Source: Planctomycetota bacterium
GTDB lineage: Bacteria > Planctomycetota > MHYJ01 > WSZJ01
Assembly: GCA_038060895.1 (NCBI GenBank)
Contig: JBBTCT010000002.1
Location: 200,298 to 264,297, forward strand
DNA length: 64,000 bases
Direction: 5' to 3'
Shown piece by piece: positions 31,492 to 40,467 of the stretch (position 1 is its first letter; each line of letters begins with the position of its first letter). The translations under genes and the position numbers were made by a program. The notes under the pieces were generated by a model. The model saw nothing but the letters and a program-made list of their open reading frames with translations, did no database searches and was not told the DNA's origin.

Positions 31492-34128
31492 ATGGGCTCC
31501 GCCGAAGAACGCATCCAGCCGCAGAATCTCGAAGCCGAGCAGTGCCTCATCGGCTCGCTTCTGCTCGACTCCGCCGCCATGCACGAGGTCGACCAGAAGG
31601 TCGAGCCGGGATCTTTCTACCTGAAGAAACACCAGACGCTCTTCAAGGCCATCCAGTCCCTCACCGACGAAGCGAAGCCCGTGGACGCGATCATCCTGCG
31701 CGAAGAACTCGGGCGCAAAGGGCTGCTGGAGGAAGTCGGCGGGCCGGAATACCTGCTCGAACTCGCGGGCAAGGTGCCCTCCTCCGCGAACGCCGAGTAC
31801 TACGCCGACATCGTCCGCGAGAAAGCCCTGCTGCGCGGCTTCATCGGCGCCGCTTCGGAAATCCTCCGCAAGGCGTACGACCCGGCCGTGCACTCCGACG
31901 AGCTCTCCGTCGTCGCCGAGCAGGAGATTTTCCGCATCAGCCAGGGGCAGACGACGACCGCGACGCCGATCCACAAGATTCTCGGGCCGGTGTTCAGCCG
32001 CATCCTCGCGATGCGGGACCGCAACAAGCGGATCTCCGGCGTGGGGACGGGGTACTTCGCGCTGGACGACATCACGAGCGGGATGCAGGAAGCGCAGCTC
32101 ATCGTGGTCGCCGGGAGACCATCAATGGGAAAAACGTCCTTCGCTCTTAACGTCGTCGAGCACGTCGCGATCAAGGAGACCCTCCCGGTCCTGATCTTCT
32201 CGCTCGAGATGCAGGGGCAGCAGCTCGCGCAGAACATGATCTGCTCGCACGCCAGGATCGACGCGCACCGCGTGCGGAAGGGAACCGTGACGGAGGAGGA
32301 GAAAGCGCGGCTGGTCGAGACCGCCACGGGATTCTCCAGCGCGCCGATCTACATCGACGACTCTTCGTCCCTCACCGTGAACCAGATCCGCTCGCGCGCG
32401 CGTCGTTTTCACATGAAGGAAAAGCTCTCGCTGATCGTGGTCGATTACATGCAGCTCATCGAAGTGCGCGCGGCCGAGGCCGGGAGCCGCTTCGACAACC
32501 GCCAGACGGAAATCTCCTACATCTCGCGCTCGCTGAAAGCGATGTCACGCGAGCTGAAGGTGCCGGTGATGGCGCTGTCGCAGTTGAACCGCGAGGTCGA
32601 GAAGCGGACGGACCACCGGCCGATGCTGGCGGACCTGAGGGAGTGCGTCACGGGGGACACCCTGGTATGCCTTGCCGACGGCCGGAGGTTGCCGGTAAGC
32701 GAACTGGAGGGCACGACGCCAAGGGTGATTTCCGTCGGGCCGGACGGACGACTGCGTTACGCGCGGGCGCAGAAGATCTGGCGCATAGGTAAGCGCGCTG
32801 TGATGAGGGTCGGACTCGCGAGCGGGCGTTCGATCCGGATTACGGGCGAGCACAGACTGATGGGGGCTGCAGGTTGGACCGCGGCGAAAGATTTTCAGGA
32901 AGGGGACCGAATCGCGATCACGAGAAGCCTGCCTGAACCTGCGCGGCCCGGGCGCTGGCCGGAAATGAGACTCGCCCTGCTCGGACAGCTCATTGGAGAT
33001 GGAAGCTACCTGAAGGGCCAGCCGATGAGGTATACGACGAGCTCCGAGGAAAACAGCAGGATGGTGAAGCGCGCGGCTCAGAAGGAATTCGGGGCCGAAG
33101 TGAAGCGCTATCGCGGCCGCAGGAGCTGGCACCAGCTGCTGATCAGTGGAAATGGAGACCGCTGGCACCCGGCCGGTGTGAACAAGTGGCTCAGGGAGCT
33201 TGGGATTTTCGACCAGCGGTCCTGGGAAAAACGGATTCCGCGCGAGGTATTCAGTCTCTCGAACGAACAGATTGCCGTCCTTCTGAGGCATCTCTGGGCT
33301 ACGGATGGAACAATCTCGGTCCGGCATACCGGCCGGGGGAGTTCGTCGATTCATTACGCGACGAACAGTCCTTTGCTCGCGGGGGATGTCGCGGCGCTGC
33401 TTCTCCGCCTCGGGATCGTCTCGCGAACTCCGGTCCTGAAGCAGGGAAAGTACAGGCCGATACACTGCGTTTCCGTTTCGGGGAACGACAACCAGCGTCG
33501 ATTTCTCGAGTGTGTCGGGGCCTTCGGCCCCCGGGTTCCGCAGGCAAAGGCATTCAGGAAGGCCATTGCCGGTATCGAAGGAACCACGAACGTCGACACG
33601 CTTCCCCGGGAGGCATTTGCACGCGTTCGTGAGCTGATGTCCCGGAAAGGGATTTCGCAACGACGCATGACCGCCATGCGCGGCACGTCCTACGGGGGGA
33701 CGTCACACTTCCGATTCAGCCCCTCGAGGGCAATGGTGGCGGAGTACGCCGAGTTGCTTGACGACGATGTGCTGCGCCGCAGTGCGACCAGCGACATCTT
33801 CTGGGATCGCGTGGTCGCAGTGGAACCGGCCGGAGTGGAGGAAGTGTTTGACCTGACTGTGCCCGGTCCGGCCTGCTGGGTTGCGGACGGCATCGTGTCG
33901 CACAACTCAGGAGCCATCGAACAGGACGCGGACCTCGTGATGCTTCTGCACCGGCCGGGGTATTACAAGGACGCGACGAAGGAGAACGACACGGATGCGC
34001 TGGTGATCATCGCGAAGCAGCGAAGCGGCCCGGTCGGGGACGTGCAGCTGACGTGGCGGAAGGAATACACGCGGTTCGACAACCCGGACTTCCGGCACGG
34101 CGAGGAGCAGGTCGAGGCGGAGGGGTAG
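31492..34128 (+). CDS. dnaB: Replicative DNA helicase, intein-containing
   Basis: PQNLEAEQ, AGRPSMGKT, FSLEM, VVDYMQL, LSQLNR, DLRE-[intein]-SGAIEQDAD, KQRSGP. Confidence 0.97.
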   Translation: MGSAEERIQPQNLEAEQCLIGSLLLDSAAMHEVDQKVEPGSFYLKKHQTLFKAIQSLTDEAKPVDAIILREELGRKGLLEEVGGPEYLLELAGKVPSSANAEYYADIVREKALLRGFIGAASEILRKAYDPAVHSDELSVVAEQEIFRISQGQTTTATPIHKILGPVFSRILAMRDRNKRISGVGTGYFALDDITSGMQEAQLIVVAGRPSMGKTSFALNVVEHVAIKETLPVLIFSLEMQGQQLAQNMICSHARIDAHRVRKGTVTEEEKARLVETATGFSSAPIYIDDSSSLTVNQIRSRARRFHMKEKLSLIVVDYMQLIEVRAAEAGSRFDNRQTEISYISRSLKAMSRELKVPVMALSQLNREVEKRTDHRPMLADLRECVTGDTLVCLADGRRLPVSELEGTTPRVISVGPDGRLRYARAQKIWRIGKRAVMRVGLASGRSIRITGEHRLMGAAGWTAAKDFQEGDRIAITRSLPEPARPGRWPEMRLALLGQLIGDGSYLKGQPMRYTTSSEENSRMVKRAAQKEFGAEVKRYRGRRSWHQLLISGNGDRWHPAGVNKWLRELGIFDQRSWEKRIPREVFSLSNEQIAVLLRHLWATDGTISVRHTGRGSSSIHYATNSPLLAGDVAALLLRLGIVSRTPVLKQGKYRPIHCVSVSGNDNQRRFLECVGAFGPRVPQAKAFRKAIAGIEGTTNVDTLPREAFARVRELMSRKGISQRRMTAMRGTSYGGTSHFRFSPSRAMVAEYAELLDDDVLRRSATSDIFWDRVVAVEPAGVEEVFDLTVPGPACWVADGIVSHNSGAIEQDADLVMLLHRPGYYKDATKENDTDALVIIAKQRSGPVGDVQLTWRKEYTRFDNPDFRHGEEQVEAEG
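32644..33906 (+). mobile_element. DnaB intein (421 aa) with LAGLIDADG homing endonuclease
   Basis: Starts CVTGDT, block B TGEH, LLGQLIGDG and LRHLWATDG, block F VFDLTVP, ends SHN before Ser+1; codon usage differs from the extein. Confidence 0.95.
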
Positions 34129-34880
34129 TGGGCCTACCGGACGCTTCTCATCGCCCCTGGCCGTGCCCCGCGGGGGCGTGGGCGGTGCGGCAGGTCTGGA
34201 GCGCGCTGGCGTTCCTGCACTGGCGGCTGCCAGTTGACGCAGTGCGTCAAAAGATTCCCGCCGGGCTCGAGGTCGACACGTTCGATGGGTCGGCGTGGAT
34301 CGGCGTCGTGCCGTTCCGCATGGAAGGAGTCCGCCTGCGCGGGTTGCCCGCGGTGCCCGGGACCGACGAGTTTCCCGAGCTCAACGTCCGCACTTACGTC
34401 ACGGCGGAAGGCAAGCCTGGAGTGTGGTTCTTCAGCCTCGACGCCGCGAGCGCCGTGACCGCCGCGGTAGCGAGGACCTGGTATGGGCTTCCTTACTGGC
34501 GCGCGCGGATGGAGATGACCGAAGAGGAAGGGCGCGTTTCGTATTCCAGCGTCCGGACGTCGCACGGCGCGCCGCCGGCTGCGTTCCGGGCGCGCTACGC
34601 GCCTTCGGGGGCGGAATTCCGCCCGCGGCCCGGATCGCTCGAGTACTTCCTCGCCGAACGCTACTGCCTGTACTCCACGGGACGGGGCCGGGGGATTGCG
34701 CGCGCCGACATCCTGCATGCGCCCTGGGAGCTGCGGCCGGCCCGCGCCGTCGTCCTCGAGAATACGATGGCGCAGGCGGCCGGTTTCACACTGCCCGCGG
34801 AGCCTCCGCATGCGCTTTTTGCCCGGTCCATCGAAGCGTTCGCGTGGACGCCGGCGCCGCTCACGGGGGCCGTGTCATAA
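34128..34880 (+). CDS. DUF2071 / YqjF family protein
   Basis: QVWSALAFLHW, AWIGVVPF, FPELNVRTYV, PGVWFFSLDA, FLAERY. Confidence 0.88.
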   Translation: MGLPDASHRPWPCPAGAWAVRQVWSALAFLHWRLPVDAVRQKIPAGLEVDTFDGSAWIGVVPFRMEGVRLRGLPAVPGTDEFPELNVRTYVTAEGKPGVWFFSLDAASAVTAAVARTWYGLPYWRARMEMTEEEGRVSYSSVRTSHGAPPAAFRARYAPSGAEFRPRPGSLEYFLAERYCLYSTGRGRGIARADILHAPWELRPARAVVLENTMAQAAGFTLPAEPPHALFARSIEAFAWTPAPLTGAVS

Positions 34881-34887
34881 TCGGCAC

Positions 34888-35556
34888 ATGAGCGATCCGC
34901 GATTCGTGCCCTACCGGACTCCCGCGATACCGGCTCCCGAGATGCTCCGGCGCGCCACGGAATTCCACGACGAAAGCGGCACGCGCCGCAGCGTCCGCCA
35001 CTTCTCACAGCTCCCCGTTCCGCGCGAGCTCATCGAGATCGCCATAGCAACCGCGAATTCCGCGCCTTCAGGCGCCAACCGCCAGCCGTGGACGTTCGTG
35101 GCCGTGGGGAACCCGGAGGTCAAACGGCAGATCCGCGAAGCTGCGGAAGTCGAAGAGCGCGAGAATTACGAGGGCGGCCGCATGCCCCCGGACTGGCTCG
35201 AAGCGCTCGCTCCGCTGGGAACCGGCTGGCACAAGGAATTCCTGGAAGAAGCGCCGTGGCTGGTCGTGGTCTTCGCGGAATTACACAAGCCCTTCGAGGG
35301 AGGCATCCGGAAAAACTATTACGTCTCGGAGAGTGTCGGGATCGCGTGCGGATTGTTCATCGCGGCGGTTCATCACATGGGCCTCGCCACGCTGACGCAT
35401 ACGCCCAGCCCGATGGGGTTCCTGTCGAAGACTCTCGGAAGGCCGTCGCACGAGAAGCCCTACATTCTCTTCCCGGTCGGATTCCCGGCGGAGAACTGCA
35501 CGGTTCCCGACATTCCGAAGAAGGCTGCAGAAGAGGTGACCGTATGGATCCCGTGA
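34888..35556 (+). CDS. Nitroreductase-family flavoprotein, iodotyrosine deiodinase-like
   Basis: RRSVRHFS, APSGANRQPW, EERENY...W..ALAPLGT.WHK.FL..AP, NYYVSESVGIA, TLTHTP. Confidence 0.85.
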   Translation: MSDPRFVPYRTPAIPAPEMLRRATEFHDESGTRRSVRHFSQLPVPRELIEIAIATANSAPSGANRQPWTFVAVGNPEVKRQIREAAEVEERENYEGGRMPPDWLEALAPLGTGWHKEFLEEAPWLVVVFAELHKPFEGGIRKNYYVSESVGIACGLFIAAVHHMGLATLTHTPSPMGFLSKTLGRPSHEKPYILFPVGFPAENCTVPDIPKKAAEEVTVWIP

Positions 35557-35846
35557 ACTGCCGGAAGTGCGGCGCGGATCTCCAGGCCGTCGGGAAGCGG
35601 CGGGCGTTCATCAGCGTGTTCGCCCAGGGGGACGAGGAAACGATGTCGTGGTATTTCTGCGAGGCGTGCCGCGTGTGGATGATCGAGGTGTACTACGACC
35701 GCTTCATGGGCGACAGCGAGATCTCATTTCGCGGACCGTATCCCGAGGGGACCTGCGAAGCGGACGTCGCGCTTGCGAATACGTGCCCGTCGCCGGGGGA
35801 CAAATGGTGCGAGTGCCCGGCGCACAAAAAGCTGGGGCCCTGCTAA
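35544..35846 (+). CDS. Small Cys-rich (Zn-binding) protein
   Basis: CRKC, CEAC, CPSPGDKWCECPAH; overlaps the end of the upstream gene. Confidence 0.65.
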   Translation: MDPVNCRKCGADLQAVGKRRAFISVFAQGDEETMSWYFCEACRVWMIEVYYDRFMGDSEISFRGPYPEGTCEADVALANTCPSPGDKWCECPAHKKLGPC

Positions 35847-36439
35847 CGGCGCGCGCGCAGACCGTCCACGAACAGCTCCGCGAAGTCGGCGGCAACTTCC
35901 TCGCTCGTGCGCCTGCCCTTCGGCCGGAACCAGGTGATCGTCCAGTTCACGGCGCCGAGAATCGCGCGCGCGGCGGTCGCCGGGTCAGTCGAGCGGAAAA
36001 CGCGCCGCTTCACGCCGTCCGCCACGATCGCCCGCACCTCGCGCTCGTAGCGGTCGCGCTTCAGGATGAGTTTCCTCCACCGCGCGCGGTCCAGCGCATC
36101 GGTCTGGATGTGCGCGGCGGTGCCGGCAAGCTCGTCGAGCATGAGGGCCATCTGGGCGCGAACCAGGTCGCGCAGGCGGGCGGCGGGCGGCGCGCCCGAG
36201 CGGCGGATGCGCGCGGCTTCAGAGAGGAGGCGATCGAGGGAGTAGTTCTGGCAGAAGAAGAGAATGTCGGATTTGTCGCGGAAGTAATAGTAGAGGGAGC
36301 CCTTTGTCATGCCGAGCGCGCCGGCGATGTCCTCGGTCGTCGCGGAAGCGTAGCCCTTGCGGCGGAAAACCGCGGCGGCGGCTCGCGCGATGTCGAGGCG
36401 GCGCTGGAGGGTTTTGCGGGAGCGGGGGTCGGCGGGCAT
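35843..36439 (-). CDS. TetR family regulator (KstR2/PaaR-like)
   Basis: FRRKGYASATTEDIA...TKGSLYYYFRDK; C-terminal ILGAVNWTITWFRP. Confidence 0.9.
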   Translation of the reverse strand: MPADPRSRKTLQRRLDIARAAAAVFRRKGYASATTEDIAGALGMTKGSLYYYFRDKSDILFFCQNYSLDRLLSEAARIRRSGAPPAARLRDLVRAQMALMLDELAGTAAHIQTDALDRARWRKLILKRDRYEREVRAIVADGVKRRVFRSTDPATAARAILGAVNWTITWFRPKGRRTSEEVAADFAELFVDGLRARR

Positions 36440-36448
36440 GGGGAAGGA

Positions 36449-36554
36449 GGATGGTAAAGGAGGAAGGGAAAATTCCAACTCCAACTCCAACCCCAACTCC
36501 AAAACAACTACTTTGGGGTTGGGGTTGGGATTTGTCTTTCCCTCACCACCATCC
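36449..36554. repeat. Inverted-repeat element F built from 6-bp CCAACY units
   Basis: (CCAACT/C)4-CCAAA facing TTTGG-(GGTTGG)2; outer pairing GGATGGT/ACCATCC and AGGGAAA/TTTCCCT. Confidence 0.75.
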
Positions 36555-36602
36555 ACTTTTCCCGCTTGACCCGCTCCCTCCCGATGAAGTTCTCTGACTC
36601 CC

Positions 36603-37919
36603 ATGTCCACCCGCAACCTCCTCGCGGCACTCCTTCTCCTGGCACCAGCTGTTCTCGGCTGCGAGTCCAAGTCAGGCAAGGAGCTGAAGAAGCGCCCCCC
36701 GTCGCGCGAGTCGAGCGCCAAGCTCGCGCTTCCCCCCGGCGGCACCTGGTCGTCGGCTGTGATGGTGACCGAATCGGGGAGTTTCGAGCGCGCCTACGGC
36801 GGGCGCGGCGGGATCGGCTCGGCCACGTTCTACTACGCCCGGACGACTCTTCTGCTCGCGCGCTCCGGCGGCGGCGAGGATCGCGTGCAGATTTCCGCGG
36901 GGAGCCTCGAGAACACCGATGCCAACGCGGTCCTCGAGGCCTCTGACCGGCAATGGCGGTTGGCGGCTCCTTCGGACGGCCGCGGCGTCGCGTATGCGCC
37001 GGAGCGGGTCGAGGAATGGCGCTGGGTTGCGCTCGAAAGCGCGAAGCCTTTTGCGTGTTCTCATCTCGTCCTGGAGGCCAAAGGCGGAGACCCTTGCGCT
37101 TCGGCGCCGCGGTGGCTGGACTTTGCCCTGGAGATGATGGCGCCGCCCGACCCGAAGCGTGCGCATCCCGAAGGACCGGACCAGAACGAGTGGCCCGAAC
37201 TGGCCGCACTGGTGTCGCGCGATTGGGGCAACGAAGCGCTCCTGAAGGCGCTGACGGGCGCCGCCCTGAGGGAACGCTCGGGCCTCGCCCTGGCGGGAGT
37301 AGAAAGAGGGGCGCTTCAGGCCATCCAGAGCGCCGTGGCCTTCGATCTGTACCCGAACTCCGGTTCATTCAACGCGCACCGCTGCTCACCGGAGATTCGG
37401 GTCGCGGCACGAAGCAGTCTCAAACAATCGGCAAGTTCTGGATCCGTGGTTGCCTCGAATGCTGCCCTTCTGCTCGGGCACTCAAACGACGCGGAGGACC
37501 AGCGTGCGATGGCCGCCGCCCTGGTTTCCGAGGACTGGGCGCCGCCGGCGACCGTCGTTCGCGACCTGGAATGGCCGCGGGCCCTTGCATGGTCGCTCTC
37601 TGCTTCGGCGTGCTCGCCCCTCTCCCGGTTTCCGAATGAAGTGCAGGCGGCGATGATCGAGTGGCTCAATCGAGGGGCGGCCAAGCCAGAGTCCGCGCTT
37701 CCGCTCGTGTTCGCGCTGGTCGGCTGCGGGTCTGCCGAATCCCGCGCGAAGCTGTCCGCTCTGTCCGCGACCGACGCCGACGGCGAAACTCCGGCGAAGC
37801 CCGACCCCGTGTGGCCGGCGACGCTCGACGAACTCTGGCAGGTCGGCGTCGTGGATCACGGTGCGCTCACGCACCCCATCGACGCCTGGATCCGGGCGGC
37901 GCTGAAGGCGCGGAAGTAG
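36603..37919 (+). CDS. Hypothetical lipoprotein
   Basis: Signal peptide ending VLGC; 438-aa ORF. Confidence 0.6.
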   Translation: MSTRNLLAALLLLAPAVLGCESKSGKELKKRPPSRESSAKLALPPGGTWSSAVMVTESGSFERAYGGRGGIGSATFYYARTTLLLARSGGGEDRVQISAGSLENTDANAVLEASDRQWRLAAPSDGRGVAYAPERVEEWRWVALESAKPFACSHLVLEAKGGDPCASAPRWLDFALEMMAPPDPKRAHPEGPDQNEWPELAALVSRDWGNEALLKALTGAALRERSGLALAGVERGALQAIQSAVAFDLYPNSGSFNAHRCSPEIRVAARSSLKQSASSGSVVASNAALLLGHSNDAEDQRAMAAALVSEDWAPPATVVRDLEWPRALAWSLSASACSPLSRFPNEVQAAMIEWLNRGAAKPESALPLVFALVGCGSAESRAKLSALSATDADGETPAKPDPVWPATLDELWQVGVVDHGALTHPIDAWIRAALKARK

Positions 37920-37922
37920 CGC

Positions 37923-38951
37923 TCAGCTTCGTTTGCCGAGAACGGCGTTGCCCGCGACCAGCAGCGCCGCGACCGCTATGGCGATGATGAGGACGATCGG
38001 CTGTCGGTCTTCGTCCGCCACGTTTGCGGCCTCGGCGCGCGGCCGGCGCGCCGGCGCGGGCGCTTCAATCCCCTCCGCCAGCCAGCGAAGCGCGGCGATC
38101 GCCAGCGCGGCGTCCTCGATCCCGGTCCTTGCGGCGAAACCGTTCGTAAGGAAGGTCGAGTCGCCTGCGACGACGTACCGGCCCGGACCCGCGCGGCGCG
38201 TGGCGGCGACCAGGACGGGACCGGCGGGGCCGCGCCCGCCTGAGGCCGAAATGGCGTAAGCAGAAGAGGATGTCGTGGCGAGTTCGCGCACGTCGAAAGG
38301 ATCAGACCCGGAGGATCTCGCTGCGACCCGGCACGCATTCTCGAAAACGACGCCGACGCCCGGCGGGAGCGCGGCGAGGATGGGGTGGCCGGTGGGCGCG
38401 AAGCGGGCGGCGAAGACGGCGCGCTCTTCGCGGACCGGCCCCGTGCGGGGCATGGGGGAAGGCTTCCCGGGAAGAGCGGCCTCCTGGTCCACGATGCGGT
38501 CGGTGCCGACGTTGGCTCCCGCGTCCTGCAACACGAGACGCAATCGCGCCAGGTCAACCCGGTCGTGCTCGATACCCGGATCGAGGCAGACCAGCAGCCG
38601 AAATCCGTTGGCGAGCAAGTCGCGCAGCTTTGCCGCGTCGTCTTCCGAGAAGTCGCGCTTCGGCCCCGCGAGGATCAGGACGGCGTTCCGCGGAACCAGG
38701 GCCGTGCTTCCCAGGTGCATCGTGTCGAGCTTCCATCCCGGAAACGCCGCTTCCAGTTTCTTGCGCATTTGGCTGGCGCCATCGGGGCCGCCGGATTCAA
38801 GGTTGAGCTCGTTGTGTCCAATGATCCAGAGGAGGCTCGGGGCATCGCGGCGGTCCACTTCCGCGCGCGCCGGCTCGGCAGCGGCGGTTGGAAGCGCCAT
38901 CAGGAGCGCGGCGGTGCCGCAGAGTTTCAGAAAACTCTCGCGCACGCTCAC
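37923..38951 (-). CDS. GldG/DUF4350-like periplasmic domain protein with C-terminal membrane anchor
   Basis: GHNE, LILAGPKRDF, LLVCLDP, GRYVVAGDSTFLTN; C-terminal TM helix. Confidence 0.65.
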   Translation of the reverse strand: MSVRESFLKLCGTAALLMALPTAAAEPARAEVDRRDAPSLLWIIGHNELNLESGGPDGASQMRKKLEAAFPGWKLDTMHLGSTALVPRNAVLILAGPKRDFSEDDAAKLRDLLANGFRLLVCLDPGIEHDRVDLARLRLVLQDAGANVGTDRIVDQEAALPGKPSPMPRTGPVREERAVFAARFAPTGHPILAALPPGVGVVFENACRVAARSSGSDPFDVRELATTSSSAYAISASGGRGPAGPVLVAATRRAGPGRYVVAGDSTFLTNGFAARTGIEDAALAIAALRWLAEGIEAPAPARRPRAEAANVADEDRQPIVLIIAIAVAALLVAGNAVLGKRS

Positions 38952-38952
38952 G

Positions 38953-40467
38953 CTAGACCGCCGGCGAATCCGGCGCGCTCGTCACGACGGGCGTGGAAGC
39001 GCAGCCCGTCCCGCAGGCTCCCTGCTTCGCGCCGTGGTCTTCCTGGCGCGGGCCGTAGCGTTTCCCGACCTCGACGCCGACGGCGATTTCAGGCCGCGGC
39101 ATTTCGGCGCGGATTCCCACGAGTTCGGAATCCGTGGCGTTTTCCGCGTGCTTCGCGTCCAGCCGGCCGAATTCGGCGCCGTAGGAATCGAGGTACGGAG
39201 CCCACTCATGAACCATCTGGCCGGCGTCGGGCGTGGTCTTGTAGACGCCCGCGCCCTCGACGATCTCGCGCAGCTTGTGCGGGTGGTCGATGATCATGCA
39301 CGGCCGCGCGTCGCGCGCGTCGTGCGGGACCGCTTCGCGCATCTTCTTCATGAAGTCGCTCTTCAGGACCTCACGGATCGTCTTGTTCCGGATGTTGTCG
39401 ACCGCATAGTGGATGAACATGCACGGCTCGACGTCGCCGTTGGAGTTGATGTGGATGAACTTGCGCCCGCCCGCCATGCAGCCGCCGACGAGCCACGATT
39501 CGTTCACGAAATCGACGAGGAAAATCGGGTGCGTCTTGCGGATGACCGCGGCGCGCTCGCGCATCCAGTAGCGCTGCGCCGCCGTGAGCATCAGCTCCTG
39601 CGACTCCACCGGGCCCGTCGGCATCAGGTTGATGTACCAGCCGTGCCCCGCGCCCGCGTCGATCATCGTCCGGATGAACTCGTCGCTCATCGTCGCTTCA
39701 AGCGTCTTGCGCGAAATCGTCGCCGCGAACCCGAAATACAGCCCGCGCTTCCGGCACTCCGCCATCTGGTGCATGACGACCGACCATGCCCCGGCCCCGC
39801 GGCGGTCGTCCGTGTACTCCTGCGGGCCCTCCACCGAAAAGTTCAGGTGCACGTTTCCCCACTTCGCGAACTTGTCCAGCATCTCCGGCGTGATCCGCGA
39901 GCCGTTCGTGTAGATGCTGAACATCACCTCGGGGTGCTTCTCCATGATGTCCACGAGGTCTTTCCGGAGGAAGGGCTCCCCGCCCGTGAACGCGATCAGC
40001 CTCGAGCCGATCGTGGACGCCTCGTCGATCAGCCGGTGGATCAGTTCCGGAGGCAGCTCCGCCTTCCAGTCCTCGCCGTCCGCGTAGCAGCCGTAGCAGC
40101 GGTAATTGCACACCGATGTCGGGCTCATCATGATCATCGGGGGCGAAGCGAATCCCTCTTCGTCGTAGAACTTCTTGCGGACCTTGTTCCCCTCGATGAA
40201 GAGCCCGATGACCGCGTTGCGGATGATCATCTTCCGCACGTGCGGCGACAGGTTGCGCGCGATCCGGCGCACCGCTTCGACGGCCGGGTGCTTTTCCTTC
40301 ACGTACTTCTCGCCCATATCGAGCGCGTGCGCGTACCACTGCGCGGGCATCAGGGTCCGGAGGATGCCGATCAGCCGCAGGATCCCTTCGTCCGACATGT
40401 TGGCCGAAGCGCCGGCGGCGGCGTTGACGACCTTCTCGATCGCGAAGTTTTTGAGCCCGGAGAGCAC
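38953..40467 (-). CDS. Radical SAM protein with SPASM/twitch-type C-terminus (paralog 2)
   Basis: PTSVCNYRCYGC, FTGGEP, YTNG, GGCMAGGRKFIHINSNGDVEPC, RPC. Confidence 0.9.
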   Translation of the reverse strand: MLSGLKNFAIEKVVNAAAGASANMSDEGILRLIGILRTLMPAQWYAHALDMGEKYVKEKHPAVEAVRRIARNLSPHVRKMIIRNAVIGLFIEGNKVRKKFYDEEGFASPPMIMMSPTSVCNYRCYGCYADGEDWKAELPPELIHRLIDEASTIGSRLIAFTGGEPFLRKDLVDIMEKHPEVMFSIYTNGSRITPEMLDKFAKWGNVHLNFSVEGPQEYTDDRRGAGAWSVVMHQMAECRKRGLYFGFAATISRKTLEATMSDEFIRTMIDAGAGHGWYINLMPTGPVESQELMLTAAQRYWMRERAAVIRKTHPIFLVDFVNESWLVGGCMAGGRKFIHINSNGDVEPCMFIHYAVDNIRNKTIREVLKSDFMKKMREAVPHDARDARPCMIIDHPHKLREIVEGAGVYKTTPDAGQMVHEWAPYLDSYGAEFGRLDAKHAENATDSELVGIRAEMPRPEIAVGVEVGKRYGPRQEDHGAKQGACGTGCASTPVVTSAPDSPAV

